A stretch of DNA of 48,483 nucleotides from Dicyema japonicum (taxonomy: Eukaryota; Animalia; Dicyemida). This document shows, in pieces, positions 13,757 to 25,739 of this stretch (the stretch's first letter is position 1; every line of letters begins with the position of its first letter). Below the pieces are notes generated by a model. That model did no database searches. It was not told where the DNA came from and saw only the letters and a list, made by a program, of their open reading frames with translations. Both the position numbers and the translations under genes were made by a program. The stretch spans positions 6,981 to 55,463 of the forward strand of contig RDEW01000125.1 in NCBI GenBank assembly GCA_011109175.1, read 5' to 3'.

Positions 13757-13928
13757 GAAGCAAAGATCAAATAAAGTGGAACAATCATGTTTATTAATAG
13801 ATTGAGTAAGTCGGACAAGAACGAAGCGGAAAATTTTCTTTATTGATCAGACTTTGTATAAGAATCCTGAGAAATTTATAGTAAGTACCCCAAGAAACAA
13901 AGGTCTATGAAACTGATGACAGCGAAGA
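13757..13928 (+). repeat. Dispersed repeat, copy 1 (copy 2 at 18118-18292)
   Basis: gatcaaataaagtggaacaa..catgtttattaat..cggacaagaa..tctatgaaactgatgacagc is shared. Confidence 0.85.
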
Positions 13929-16111
13929 TTGTTGAAATTGTGGTTCAAGCACTGACATATGCAGCAAAATAGTAAATTTATTCTTCACAAAAAATATAAA
14001 CAAATCAAATAATGGAGAATACATATTACGTTAGAAAAATGTATATTAACAAGAATAAGGTCGTCAGTTTTGTGAACAGTTTGGAATCTCCAAGTGAATC
14101 TTTCAAACTTAACAATCAGGTTGTTTTGGGATATCAGATGATCAAGCATTATCGTTGAACATTTTGGATGCTATAAAATTGTTTTTGTAAACAGAACATC
14201 GAAACTGCAACCCTCCATTCTGGCAAACTACTGTAGGGTATGTGTCCTAAATTACAGTCAAGAAAACAACCAGAATGAGGATGTTCGAAACGACAGTGAA
14301 GCCAAGGGAAGACTAAAGATGCAGGACCAAGCTGTTTAGTGACCGAAGACGATGAAATTCAAAAGAACAATACTAAAAAGAAATAATGCACAAAAAAAAC
14401 AACCAAGTACAACGGGATTTTTTGAATTAACAATTCAAATATACAGAAAAAGAAAAAAGAGTTACAGATAGCTCGTAACGATATTTTGACGAAAATAAAA
14501 AAAATCAAAAATATCACGTAAAAAATGGAAAATGAAATCAAAAATAGAAAAGTGGAACCAAAATGTTCAAATCATCCGTCTTTTTAATAAAAAAATAAAT
14601 GGATAACATAAATATTTGTGACCAACTCGGACGAACAGTGACCAGTGATACTGACAAGGTGAATATAGTTTCTGCCTATGATATCTTTCACAATTTCAAC
14701 TTTACATTAAAACTCACACAAATATAATCAACAAAAATTGAATGCCTTTAGAAAAATTATCAATTCCATTAGAAAAAAAGTATAAGTATACATAATTTCT
14801 TCATAGTTAAAAGCAACACAGTTAAATTATAAATCAAAGATTTAATTGATAAAGGTTTGATAAATCCTGCACTTTCAATAATGAAGAAATATTAATATAA
14901 ACAAATATTATTTTATCTTATTTAAAATATAAGAATATATAAAAATATAAAGCGTACGCCCACAAGGAGCAATGATAACGTTTATGTAATAAATTATTGA
15001 TGATGGTTGACCATATTAAAATATATATTTTAATTAATATAATTAAATAAATTATTTTATTAATTTGAGTCATTATTGTGGCTATTGTTAATTTTGTATG
15101 TTTGTCAATTCACTAATAGATAGTACCGGTTTCATTTGATCCATAGAAAATTTAAATATATATAAAACAAGAAATACATTTTTTTATCTATACTCAGACA
15201 GAGAAATCTAAGAATTTCGGGACTCTCATGTATTTCTCCTCTTTTTTTCTAAACATATGAAAGACTTTCAGTCGAAAAGTAGATTTAAAGGCATTTTTAA
15301 TGTCAAGGATCCAGTTCTAACAAGAATTTGTATCCACCTTGTACAATCAGCTCCTAAAACTGACGGTGAAGCACGTCTGTGACTCCTGGGTTTATGTAGT
15401 CACAGTTTATATTTATGACAATATAAATTCTTCAGAAGGAATTTTTCAATCAAACTGTCCTACTTAATTCTTCTCTCTCCTTTTTGACCAGTTTGCAATC
15501 CAATATACTGGGTCTGTTTTCTTTAGTCTCTTCTATGTTGAATGATTTTTCTTTCGATCAGAGATAAAAATTAAAAAGGTATAGCAGAATACAAGTAAAG
15601 AACGTGTTTGACGAGAATACAATCCACAGTGGTGTTGCTCTTCGGATTGGCCTTGTCGTTGCTTGGAACACCGATGTCGATGTTGTGGCATGGTTGACAA
15701 GAAAGGACTACACCCGCTGTCATGAAGATGGAACCCCGGAGATTCCCTCTGAGATCTATCGAAGACTCCGTGTTTATGATCTTCGAAATTTTTTACAACA
15801 ACAGGATGTTTAAACGTAATGAGACACGTTCCGGAACAGGATGTGCTCACCCACAGTTCTCATAATTGACAACTCATTGGTCATATCGAGGAAGACATAG
15901 TTACCCCTCTTAATTGACATAATTATAAACCAATGTTTTGATGTTTACATCATTAATAAATTGTGTGGAGAACCAAGATGAGTGAGAGGTTGCCCACATC
16001 GATGCTGTGACTAATATCGAGCGGTTTTGTCTGCGATGACGTACAATGATTACAAATAAACTCGGTTTTTGAAAGTTTTTGAAAGTTTTTGTAAAAAATA
16101 GAAGCATAATG

Positions 16112-17844
16112 CTGTGATTCTCAACCGTGGTGCATGTGCACCATTTTTGGTACATGGAAAAAAATTGGTACATGGTATTATTTTTTAAATATTTTTTATT
16201 ATTAGTAATTAGTTCATTACGATGGTTAACCATTATCATTTGATACCTATAAATACTCATGTCAATCACATGTCTGGTGGTAATTCTCGTACTCTTCGGA
16301 TTTATCGTAAAGATTATCTGAAATATGGATTTATCTCTTCCAGTGGAGACAAATCTAAGCCTTTTTGCATAATCAGCAAAAATTCTTTGGCCAATAGTTC
16401 TATGAAATTGTCAAGATTAGCACACCATTTGAGGACTAGACATCCAAAACTACCCTTCAAAAGTTAATCACTCATCATGCTCTTGCACGAAAAAGTATTC
16501 ATTTTAACCTATTTCATAGATAAGTTACTTGTATCCTACGAAATTGCCCAAATCGTTGCTAAAAATAATGCTACCCATGTTTCGGGTGAATTGTTAATAA
16601 TACCTTTTATCGCAGTTGTTCTACAAGATATGTAGGGACATAATCTATCTGAATTTATTGGTATTTTTATCNCCTTTTAACCTATTTCATAGATGGGTTA
16701 CTTGCATCCTACAAAATTGCCCATATCGTTGCTAAAAATAATGCTACCCATGTTTCGGGTGAATTGTTAATAATACCTTCTATCGCAGTTGTTTTACAAG
16801 ATATGTTGGGACATAATCCATCTGAATTTATTGGTATTTTTATCATTATTATTTTTTATAGAAATTAAATATAATTATTCTTACAAAATTTTGTTTGAAA
16901 ACTAGGATTTGTCTACCTTTTGGCAAAAAAAGGCAAATATCCAAAGATTTGGGAACAAATAATTAAAATTTTATTATGTTTTCCAACGACATATCTTGTG
17001 GAATCAGGATTCATCGTAGTAAACAGGATATTGAGCGATGAACGTAACAAGTTTGATATCTGTTCACGATGAGATGCCAGATTATTTTTAACACGCTTGG
17101 ACCCTGATATTCAGAAACTAATTAAAATGCATGAAAACCAAAACTCTCATTATGTTATGTTATGTTGTCCAATTTAGTCGTGTCCGACGCTTGGAGATCT
17201 CATGAACGAGTTTCCTCCACTCTCCCCGATCCGTTGCAATTTGGAGTAGCCTTGATATAAGCATTCCCGTGACGTCTTCCACAGTGGATAGCCACCGAGT
17301 CCTTGGTCGGCCAGGTCTTCTCCTCCCAGTAATATTGCTCAGCATAATGGTTCTTTCCAGTGAATCAGAGCGGACAACATGCCCAAAGAACGCCAATCTG
17401 TGTTTTACGATTCTTCCCTTTAGCGAAATGTCAATCTCTACCCGTTTGAGTACATTGATGGTTGTTACTTTGGAGGTCCAAGGGATTCTTAGTAACCTCC
17501 TCCAGCACCACAGCTCAAAAGCATTAATTCTTCGCCTATCCGCCTTTTTCAATGTCCATGATTCTGCGCCGTATAAAAACCGGGAACACGATTGCACTAA
17601 CTAATCTGCATTTGGTCCTTAAGGAAATATCTTTGTTTTTCCAAATTCTATTCATTCTCTGGAAGGTGTCTCGTCCATGGCAATTCGCCTCTTGATTAGG
17701 CCTCCGTCACCAAGGCTCTCGTTAAATAGTTAAAAAAAGATTTTAAGTCCCTAAATTTAATTAAAAGAATTAAATAAATCTTTGTTTCTTTGGTACACGA
17801 AATAACTTGGTTTGGTAGACCAAAAAAAAGGTTGAGAATCACTG
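16112..17844 (+). mobile_element. Buster/Charlie (hAT) internally deleted DNA transposon with nested RTE
   Basis: TIRs ctgtgattctcaacc / ggttgagaatcactg; 8-bp TSD gcataatg (16104-16111, 17845-17852); BED-finger region 'YLKYGF..KPFC..LANSSMK.SRL.HHL.T.HP'; C-terminus 'FPTTYLVESGF...NSH*'. Confidence 0.92.
17153..17715 (-). mobile_element. 5'-truncated RTE LINE
   Basis: 'LYGAESWTLKKADRRRINAFELWCWRRLLRIPW..FFGHVVR..GRRRPGRPRTRW..DRGEWR'; (CATAA)n tail; TSD ctctcatta/ctctcgtta. Confidence 0.93.
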
Positions 17845-18117
17845 GCATAATGCATGGTTAAATTCAATTCTGGTTCACCATAGACTTATGTCACTTGTTG
17901 ATCTCTTGAGCATTCAATAGAATTCCAGACCTTTTCAAAGAGGGGTTTCTCGTGTGGACTTTCTAAACAAATGGGTGTTACTTTTTTGGCAAAGGAAACT
18001 TGAGCATCGTATAGAACAAGTTTTGTAATTCCGATTGACTATTTGATAATTTGTTTTCCAGTCTCTTCTTGTTCAATCTATAAACTGCAAAAAATCCTCT
18101 TCAGAGCGATAAACGAG

Positions 18118-18292
18118 TGAACAAGGATCAAATAAAGTGGAACAACCATGTTTATTAATGTCTCGAGTGACTCGGACAAGAAAGAAGCGGGAAAATTTTT
18201 CTTTATTGATCAAACTTTGTAATTAGTTATCCCAAGAATTTGTAATAAGCATTCCCGAAGAAACGAAAGTCTATGAAACTGATGACAGCAAG
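18118..18292 (+). repeat. Dispersed repeat, copy 2
   Basis: Similar to 13757-13928. Confidence 0.85.
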
Positions 18293-18534
18293 GAAAGCTT
18301 TTTTTTTTAATTTGTTAAAATTTTAATTAAAAATAGTTACTTGTAGTGTTTCTTAATCAATAGGGTCACTTTTTCAATCAATAGAGTAAAAAACAGGCAG
18401 TTAGTTGACTAAACAATGCAACAAACAACACGGCAAGAATGAATATGATCATTATAGCTAGATTTATTAAGTCTAGTCAAATTTTGATTTAACTAAATTA
18501 ATATTAATTTATTTCTAAATATTGTTTTTAGCAT

Positions 18535-18850
18535 AAGGCGAACCTTTTAATACATCAATATCAAAAATTTTGGAATAGCTAATTCTTGAACTATTCAAAC
18601 CATACCTTCCTGATGCACTTTTTCAACACGGATTCAGTAAAGGGCACTCCACAGCATTGCATCTTACTTGCCTTACAAATTTCATCAAGGATGGCCTAAA
18701 ACGCAAACCTCATCAGAAGTCACTGATGTGCTCCATAGATGTAGAAAAACTTTCGACACTGTCCCAAGAAAGCTTTTGATAAGGAAGATCTTTACGTCAA
18801 AAATTCCAAACAACCTGAAAGTCTGGATTGGTAGTTTCCTATATGGNTAT
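18535..18850 (+). mobile_element. LINE RT fragment (Ingi/I-group-like)
   Basis: 'SISKILE..FQHGFSKGHSTA..ID..KTFDTVPRKLLIRKI..WIGSFL'. Confidence 0.8.
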
Positions 18851-19141
18851 TTTTGACACCCTTTTTCCTTTTATGGGTGGGCTGGTTATTAGCGACAAGT
18901 AACAGGAACTCGAAATTACATCCTGGATCTGAACTTAGAAGCGATTAATACACGAATCTTATGCTCAATTTCACCACGCGGTCATTATATTTTAATAAAT
19001 CTATTATATTTTAATATATTTTCTTAAATCGAAATCAAACTAAAAAATATTTTCTAAACAGAAAAAACTCTTAACAGAAATTTTTGTGACAATTTCCAAA
19101 AAGGCAACGAATTGGTATCGCAGTTGTCCGCGGAAACGCTT

Positions 19142-19479
19142 TAATATAATTTATTAACCCCGGATACACCGAGAAAAAAGTTAAAGTAAGCAACTAATTA
19201 AGTGTATCCAGTTTCCACTTCTACAGAAACAGAGTCCAGCCGGAATCAGCATAAAAAGGTAAGACGTCCATTACATGCAGTTGTGGAAACCCCTCCAGTG
19301 GAGTGGGGAAGAGCATATGATCCTTTTTCGTGCCGGCCTGGCACTGGGCGTCACCTAGACAGGTGGATCACATGACGCCACTCTAATAGGAAGAGAGAGG
19401 AGGAACAGACAAGGCAAGCAGAAAACTTCAACCTTGTTAACCACGCAGCACCACATGGCTCCACGCGGCTATAAAAATG
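19142..19479 (-). mobile_element. Non-autonomous Ingi-like short retroelement (338 bp) with 12-bp TSD
   Basis: TSD gcggaaacgctt at 19130-19141 and 19480-19491; internal segment resembles the LINE 5' end at 27490; 3' end resembles the LINE 3' UTR at 29615-29700. Confidence 0.8.
19316..19379 (-). ncRNA. Putative HDV-like ribozyme fold
   Basis: P1 ggcgtc/gacgcc, P2 tgtgatcc/ggatcata, P3 acc/ggt, P4 tgcc/ggca followed by C-GAAA, in nested-pseudoknot order; the L3/P1.1 sequence is non-canonical. Confidence 0.55.
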
Positions 19480-20423
19480 GCGGAAACGCTTACCCCCATA
19501 GTTAATAAATAATATTTTATGTTAATAATTTTTTCACATTTTTAAATGTAGTTGTAGAATTTATTATATCGATATTTTTTAATAAAATAGGTTTAAATTC
19601 GGGCCTCGAAGACATCAAAAGACAATAAAATATATAAATGACCATGAGTGATTTATTCTAATCGCTTTTTTCATATTTCAATAAAACTCCACTTGGAAAG
19701 GACACGCACTTTATTTTAAGAGAGAATAAAGAGTTGCTAATTAATCTTAGGGATGAAGAATGTTCTTAGCCAAATCAACCAAGAAGTTTGAACAACCATA
19801 CAAATGTCAAGTAACCTGAAGTTTGTTTTACCAAAAACCTTTAACATTGAAGCTTGACAGCTGCTAAACAAATCAAAGAAAAAAGTTATAAGCTCTTAAT
19901 GCAGTTTTCTTCGTAACAGAGAGGCTGAGTTAGTTGTTCTTACCTTCGCAGTGGAGATGGGCATTTGATAGTAAATTAGAAATCAGGAATATTCTTAAGT
20001 GAGGTTTTCAAAGTTATAATAACCCGAGACAAAAGATTCAAAACAGGATTACCTTCACAGTGATCCTCGGTGGGATTTTCCAATGTTCGGGAGACGCCTC
20101 AGAGAGAAGAAGGATCTGATGGATTACAGAAGCTTGCTTATGAAAGGGGAAAGCGGAGGAAGATGACTTTGTTGTTAGTTTCTCGGGTTACACATGCCTT
20201 GTCATTACAATGGAAAGGGGAGAGTGCTAAATAATAATAATAAATATAAATGATAATCCTCATATATAAATGTAATTCGTTTGAAATTTTTTGTGTTCTG
20301 TTGTTTTTGCCAATTTTATTTTATTTTTCTTTGTATTGTTATAAATTTTCTTAAAATTATATTATTGGATTCATCAACCGAATTACATTTTACTTGAGGA
20401 TTCTCATTTATATTATTATTATG

Positions 20424-20655
20424 ATTTTTGTGGCCGCGTGTGGTGCTATGCGAAAAATTATTTTCCTTCCTCCGATGGCGTCATTGGATCAACTTTACTG
20501 GGAAGACGCCCAATGCCTGGTCGGCATAGAGAGGATAAACTATTCTTCTCCTGGGTGCCAATTTTGTTACCTGGAGACAAGTTCCGGAACTCTGGAACGA
20601 GTCAGGAGCAAGGAGTTAGTTAGTTTGGTTACCCTTTGTCTTTGGAATAATTTTA
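20424..20655 (+). mobile_element. Second, more decayed copy of the short Ingi-like element
   Basis: atttttgtggccgcgtgtggtgct leader, ggcgtc..gacgcc..tgcc..ggca fold, 3' part like the LINE tail at 11130-11190. Confidence 0.55.
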
Positions 20656-20699
20656 ATTTAATTTATTAATAACGGTGCTGTTATCTTAACAGGCTTATG

Positions 20700-21060
20700 G
20701 AATTCTTGCTGAACGTAACGTCTGATGACAACAGAACTGAAAGTCGTTGGTTTAAATTTATAGATGGAGTTTCAGCGAAGGTCAATTCTCGTCAAACGTA
20801 TATTACCTATAGACAACCACCATATTTGGACTAACATCTACCCACTCAAAATCAGCGTCCTATTGAACCTTCTCTCGTCGAAAAGTTGCAACACATTCCA
20901 TACAAATTTTCAAATGCAGAAGTAGCAAAATTCTATTAAAGAATGAATATCAATAATGCTTTCAATAGTGTAGGAAATAACAACATTCTGGAAGCTTCTA
21001 TGGAAAGATGCTCAATTTTTTTACGCGGATTAGAATCCGCCTTTCTCTTTGAAGAATATG
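20700..21060 (+). mobile_element. Penelope-like element remnant
   Basis: 'TYRQP..YL..YPLKISVL..KILLKNEY..LES' resembles the PLE RT C-terminus; ctgatga..gaaa.gtc motif at 20722. Confidence 0.4.
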
Positions 21061-21319
21061 AATTTTCTCGTCAGCAAAGTTACCCCTCGGACTACTTCTT
21101 CTTTATCTAACCATCTAAAAATCACTAAACTTCTTTATCCGCTTCAATCTATGGTACCTCGGAGGACTTCAAAATACTGTCTTTCTAGAAACATCAATTC
21201 TTGCAATGTTCAAAGTTGGGTTTGATTGAATAAGAAGTAAATGCGAAATTTCTACTCGTGCTCTTATGAGGAATATTTATTATCATTTCTGTGTCATTAA
21301 TCAGCTTCTCTAAAAATTA

Positions 21320-21435
21320 GGATCAGCTGTGAAGTACTACCATCCAACAAGCCTTTATAGGATGAACTCAACGTGCTACCACGTGGACTCTCATCTCTCC
21401 TCTTTTGACTTTTCAATGCTTTCAAAGCCAGTCCT
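21320..21435 (+). mobile_element. Possible CRE RT fragment
   Basis: Frameshifted 'CE..H' and 'DF.NAF' motifs. Confidence 0.3.
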
Positions 21436-22254
21436 GTTATNAAACGGTGGGGAGACAACCCAGTAACCCCCAAGGAAATAGACGAACACTATAAAAGACA
21501 CTATATTTGCAGCATAGCCCGTATAAAGTTGGGAAATCCTGGAGGTTGAATACTAGGACAACGTGAAAGTGGAATTATGTCTCTGACGCAAAAGAGGGTT
21601 CACATGAGACAATTTAATCAGTAAAACCAAACGATAGGGTTTTTTATCTAAAAATGACCAATAAGACTAACTTTTAGAAATTTTAATCTCACCTTGTTTT
21701 TACAACAGTACAATCCACCACAATTGCTTTTAGTATGATTATACTGTTTGGGAAATCTCCGTAAAGTTCTCTATTAGGAATATCCAAATAGACACAACAA
21801 TATTTGCCAGAATAGCATCCAACAGAATAACATCCACAGATAACATAATTTAGAGGACCCAAGAAATATTATAGTTATTAGCAATGTGTTTAGGGACGGG
21901 GAGACTCATGAACAAGTCAGCACTCATTAAGATCGCTTTTTCTTAGAATTAATAATGATTTAAATTTTTTTGCTACTTGATTTGATAAATTATTATTTAA
22001 ATTCGTAATTACCTGTGTTTTCGGTGGTAGAGTTTTCGAATTTGAAAAATCCGTATTTCTCCACATCGAATCACTTTTTGCTAATTTTCGAATTGAAAGT
22101 ATATCATTTCCATTAATTTTTACATTATTATAATAAAATAGAGGTCAATTTCTAACCTTCGAATCTTATACACTATCAAGCATGGATTATACTCTGGTTT
22201 GATGAAAATAAATTTATTTGAAAGTAATGGACTGCATTTATACGCAGTTAAATT

Positions 22255-22425
22255 AGCTATATCTCCGCTCAGCAGGACACACACTTATTTAAGTAAAGAA
22301 CAGTTATTATAACAAATCGTAGACGGAGAACCAATGAATGCTCTCCCCTTTTTTTCTATTTTGTTGAGTGTATGTCCTTTATAGACGATCCAGTTCCGCA
22401 ATGAAATTTCCTCTCTGATACAAGC
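22255..22425 (-). repeat. SINE 3' body fragment
   Basis: ttatttaagtaaagaacagtta...aatcgtaga shared with 32810-32970. Confidence 0.75.
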
Positions 22426-22539
22426 CGGTTCAGGCGGCGTAAACATTCGTCCGTGTTAGATAGGTCCAGGACTGAACCAGAGAGCGGTTCCTTTTGCCTT
22501 GTGGGGTTCCCAAGGCATGTGGGGCATGACCAACTTGGG

Positions 22540-22768
22540 AGACACTGAGCAGTCCGTCTTGTCAGCTTGTTGCACCAAGGTGTCCAAAATTTGGGCAACG
22601 GGAACATTGGATACTATATTTCCTCTTGTTTGCCTCTCCACAGATAATGCAGGAGATAGACGTGCGAGAAATATGCTCTTTGGGTTTCGGTGTTGGTTTC
22701 GGATCCTTTTCCATTGTCATGTTCAATCCAAAAAGTAGAACGGCCAATACACCACAACACCACAAAAT
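22540..22768 (-). mobile_element. CRE-like 5' end with PHD-finger start (third family)
   Basis: 'CIICGEANKRKYSIQCSRCPNFGHLG' parallels the PHD fingers at ~9100 and ~39740. Confidence 0.65.
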
Positions 22769-22779
22769 ATTTTTATTAT

Positions 22780-23890
22780 ACAATAAAATATTATTTATTA
22801 AGAGCGGCTGCTGACATCACGGAGTAAACGTTTCCGCGGACAACTGCGATACCAATTCCTTGCCTCAGCCAGACCGCTTCCCGCACGTCTTTCTTGCGGT
22901 GGGCCAATTTTCCACCGATTTCCTTTAGGAAAGAGGCTGTAATACTTCTTGCCGCACCAGACGTCTCGATTGCTACCGGTACAAAACGGTAGCGGTCTCC
23001 AATTTTCGCCATTTTTTTAATCTTGATTTTCTCGGCCAGATCGGTTGCCGATCCAGCAGACTGCGTCGAGCTGAGAATCATCGAGTTCGAAAAAGAATCC
23101 ACAACAGTGCAGTCCCATACGAGCGATTTTTCCTCAGTGAACGGAGAGATAGTTAACCCATCCGGTCTTTTCCCATCTCCGCGGTCCAATCCCACAGGCT
23201 CCAGTACTGCCGGGAAGCCTGCCGCTTCAAGAACTCGCATGACAATGTTGTCATAGCAGCTTGGCGGGGTGCACGAGAGCAGGTGCAGCCCTTTGGCATC
23301 GACAATCCCTCCACAGCGACATTGGTGTTCGACGCAAACATCAGCTCCCAGACATTGTGCGATCCCAATCCGAATACAGTCATCGTCCAATAGGGTCCTC
23401 AGGGAGGACACGGGAGTGCATCCAGCCACGGTCCACTTCCATGGTTGGCGGCGGACACGAGGCATGCAAGACAATGCTGATTGGCCTCAGACTTTAACAC
23501 GTCGAAGATATTCTTAGAGTAGATATCATCCCAGTCACGTTGCTTCGAAGGATCGTTCGGCATATCCAAACCAGTTTCACACCATTCGCGACGAGCTTCG
23601 TCGAAGACTCTTTCCAAGAAAGTCCGGTTGTTGAACGTAGGATTTCTTGAACCAAAAGGCTTCCACTTGAGAGCGATGACACAAATGCTAGATAGGCGAT
23701 CTCAGCGCCGACCTGAAACTTGTTCCTCCGAGCCGTGTAGGTAGCTTGCATTGGTTCCAACTCGGCACATAAAAGTGGATGTTTAGAAGCAATTCAGCTG
23801 ATTTTCTCAATGTCCTATTTAGTGACAGGAGGATGTCACGATGTTTGAAGCAGGGAGAACATCGGAGAGCATATAAGTGTTTGGTCAAAA
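22780..23890 (-). mobile_element. CRE-like retrotransposon 3' part (post-RT region, CCHC motif, restriction-like endonuclease), frameshifted
   Basis: 'CRCG..H.LSC', 'LEPVGLDRGDGKRPDGLT..LVWDCTVVD..FVPVAIETSG..IAVVRGN'; highly similar to 38241-39140. Confidence 0.93.
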
Positions 23891-23991
23891 AAACTCCTTA
23901 AATGTAATTGAATCTAAAAATTAAAAAAATTAAAATCTATATTTGAACTTTATCAGCTAAAATTTGTGTTACTCTCACCACAAAGAGTATC

Positions 23992-23993
<2 letters not shown>

Positions 23994-24035
<42 letters not shown>
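23994..24035. repeat. poly(T) tract, 42 nt
   Basis: Direct observation. Confidence 0.95.
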
Positions 24036-24038
<3 letters not shown>

Positions 24039-24619
24039 GCAAGAAAGTAAGTCTTGTGTTATCACTAAAGTATGTCGATGTTTTGAAGACTTTCTTAGTT
24101 TATTTTTGTAAACCTATAAGTCGGCTAAATATTAGAGTCCACGTAATTCACCTAATAAATGTTTTCAAAGTTTCCTAAAATTAATAATAATTTAAAAAAA
24201 ATGAAGACTACAATACTAATATAGTTAGTATTCACTGTGAAAACACAAAAAGTACTATTGTAAGTTACAAAAAATCATAGAATTGACAAAAGTTGTTACT
24301 AAACTTTTAGCATGTGTCTCAATAAGTCAGATGTGTTAAAAATAATGATTATCGCGCCAAATGTTTTATATTAGTGATATACTGATTATTTGGTAAGCCT
24401 CCGTATTATATCGGGAACTGACCTGTCTCGATAGAAAAAACAATTACCCAAATTGGTAGTATTGAAAGCTCTCTAAGGGTTAAAATTTATTTAAATTAGT
24501 AGGAAATTAATTATTCTTATGAATAACATGCAAATATTTCAATTTACTGCATTTGGCGTTGACACGTAATTATAAAATTATTTTGGCTGTTGTTCGACGA
24601 CCTCAGCCGAGTCTACTTT

Positions 24620-25320
24620 CTAAGACAAAAATAATTTTGGACGATCTGAACGGCTATTTCACTCTGGAAATCAGCATTTAGCTAATCACCTTCAGAATCA
24701 CTGAGTCGCTGTTCATGGAATCTTATAGATGTAGTCACTCCAGACATGGTAGCAGAGACCAAATAGTTAAGCTCACCATATGTAAAAGTAGTCAACTTGT
24801 GGGCTCTGAAACAAATATCATAGAGGGCTTCATTATCAATGCAGTAATTTTGACCAGTGTACACAACAAGCTGATGCATTGAGAGTATTGAATTGTAAAG
24901 CTCGGTAACTGTAACATAGACCTATAAGATGGGTAATCCACTAAAACTCGCCTTACGAGAAGAAACGGCAGAGAAAGTGTTCATAATTCGATCAGGAAAT
25001 TCCTCTTTAACACAAAGAATGATCAGATATCACATTCCTGATACAGTTCCACCTCCTGGTAGATGAGTGTGCTGGAATTCCTGGAAGCAGTCACTCCTTT
25101 CGGCCTCTTTTAGAACAACATCCAAATCAGAGACGACCTATTTTGTCATTCTGTACAATGTCCTTTTACCCAGTTTTTCCGGTCTCTGACTGTCCAAATA
25201 TCTGAATCCATGGTTCCAGGTTCCAAGTCAGCTAAGATGAATCTGGTATATCTCCCGCTCATATTAAAACGTAGTCTACACTCAACTACCTGCAGCCTCG
25301 TAGACATTTCCCAGAACTAA
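24620..25320 (-). pseudogene. TUBB: Beta-tubulin unprocessed pseudogene (N-terminal ~60%)
   Basis: 'DLEPGTMDS', 'WVKGHCTE', 'EEFPDRIMNTFS', '[24 protein letters not shown]'; stops and deletions; 30-nt intron at 24922-24951 and ~30-nt intron near 25258-25289. Confidence 0.95.
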
Positions 25321-25739
25321 CACAAAAAATCCCCAGATAATTTATAGTCCATGCCTCTTCTGCTCTAATAAAAACGTGGATTTCTAGACGCATGTAACCT
25401 ACCAAACAACTTCTTCTATTACATCATTCACAGATATCTTTAAAACTCTACAAAATAGGAGTAAGATGTGCACTCTAACATTTAATCACTAAAAGAGTTT
25501 AACAAACATCCTTGCCCTTATTTTTAAATTCCACTAAAACAACTTGGGTCGTGGGATTCTAAAGTTAAAATTATTTCTAATAATTCCTGCGTGGTCAGGA
25601 GATATCTAAGTATGTAATACAGCAGGTTCTTTCAAGTAGTTAATTTTTTTATTTTAATTTCTATTATTATCAACGTGGTCATTATGTGTTCATAAAACTT
25701 AAGATTTTAAGATTTAATCGGCTATGTGCCTCGTGGATC

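Larger units (their letters stand above)
19098..19525 (+). mobile_element. CRE 3'-terminal fragment interrupted by a short retroelement
   Basis: 'RQRIGIAVVRGN' then, after the insert, cccccatagttaataaataatattttat, matching the 3' end of the 38220 element. Confidence 0.8.

Noticed and set aside
14359-14541. Hydrophobic small ORF
   Set aside because: Artefact of A-rich low-complexity sequence read on the opposite strand.
16500-16845. ~172-bp tandem duplication inside the Buster element
   Set aside because: A single N (16672) sits at the junction of two near-identical copies, which is typical of a contig-overlap or haplotype assembly artefact; N also occurs at 18847 and 21440.
23023-23517. Plus-strand ORFs overlapping CRE elements (also 38467-39846 and 17269-17604)
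   Set aside because: Antisense shadows of GC-richer TE coding sequence.
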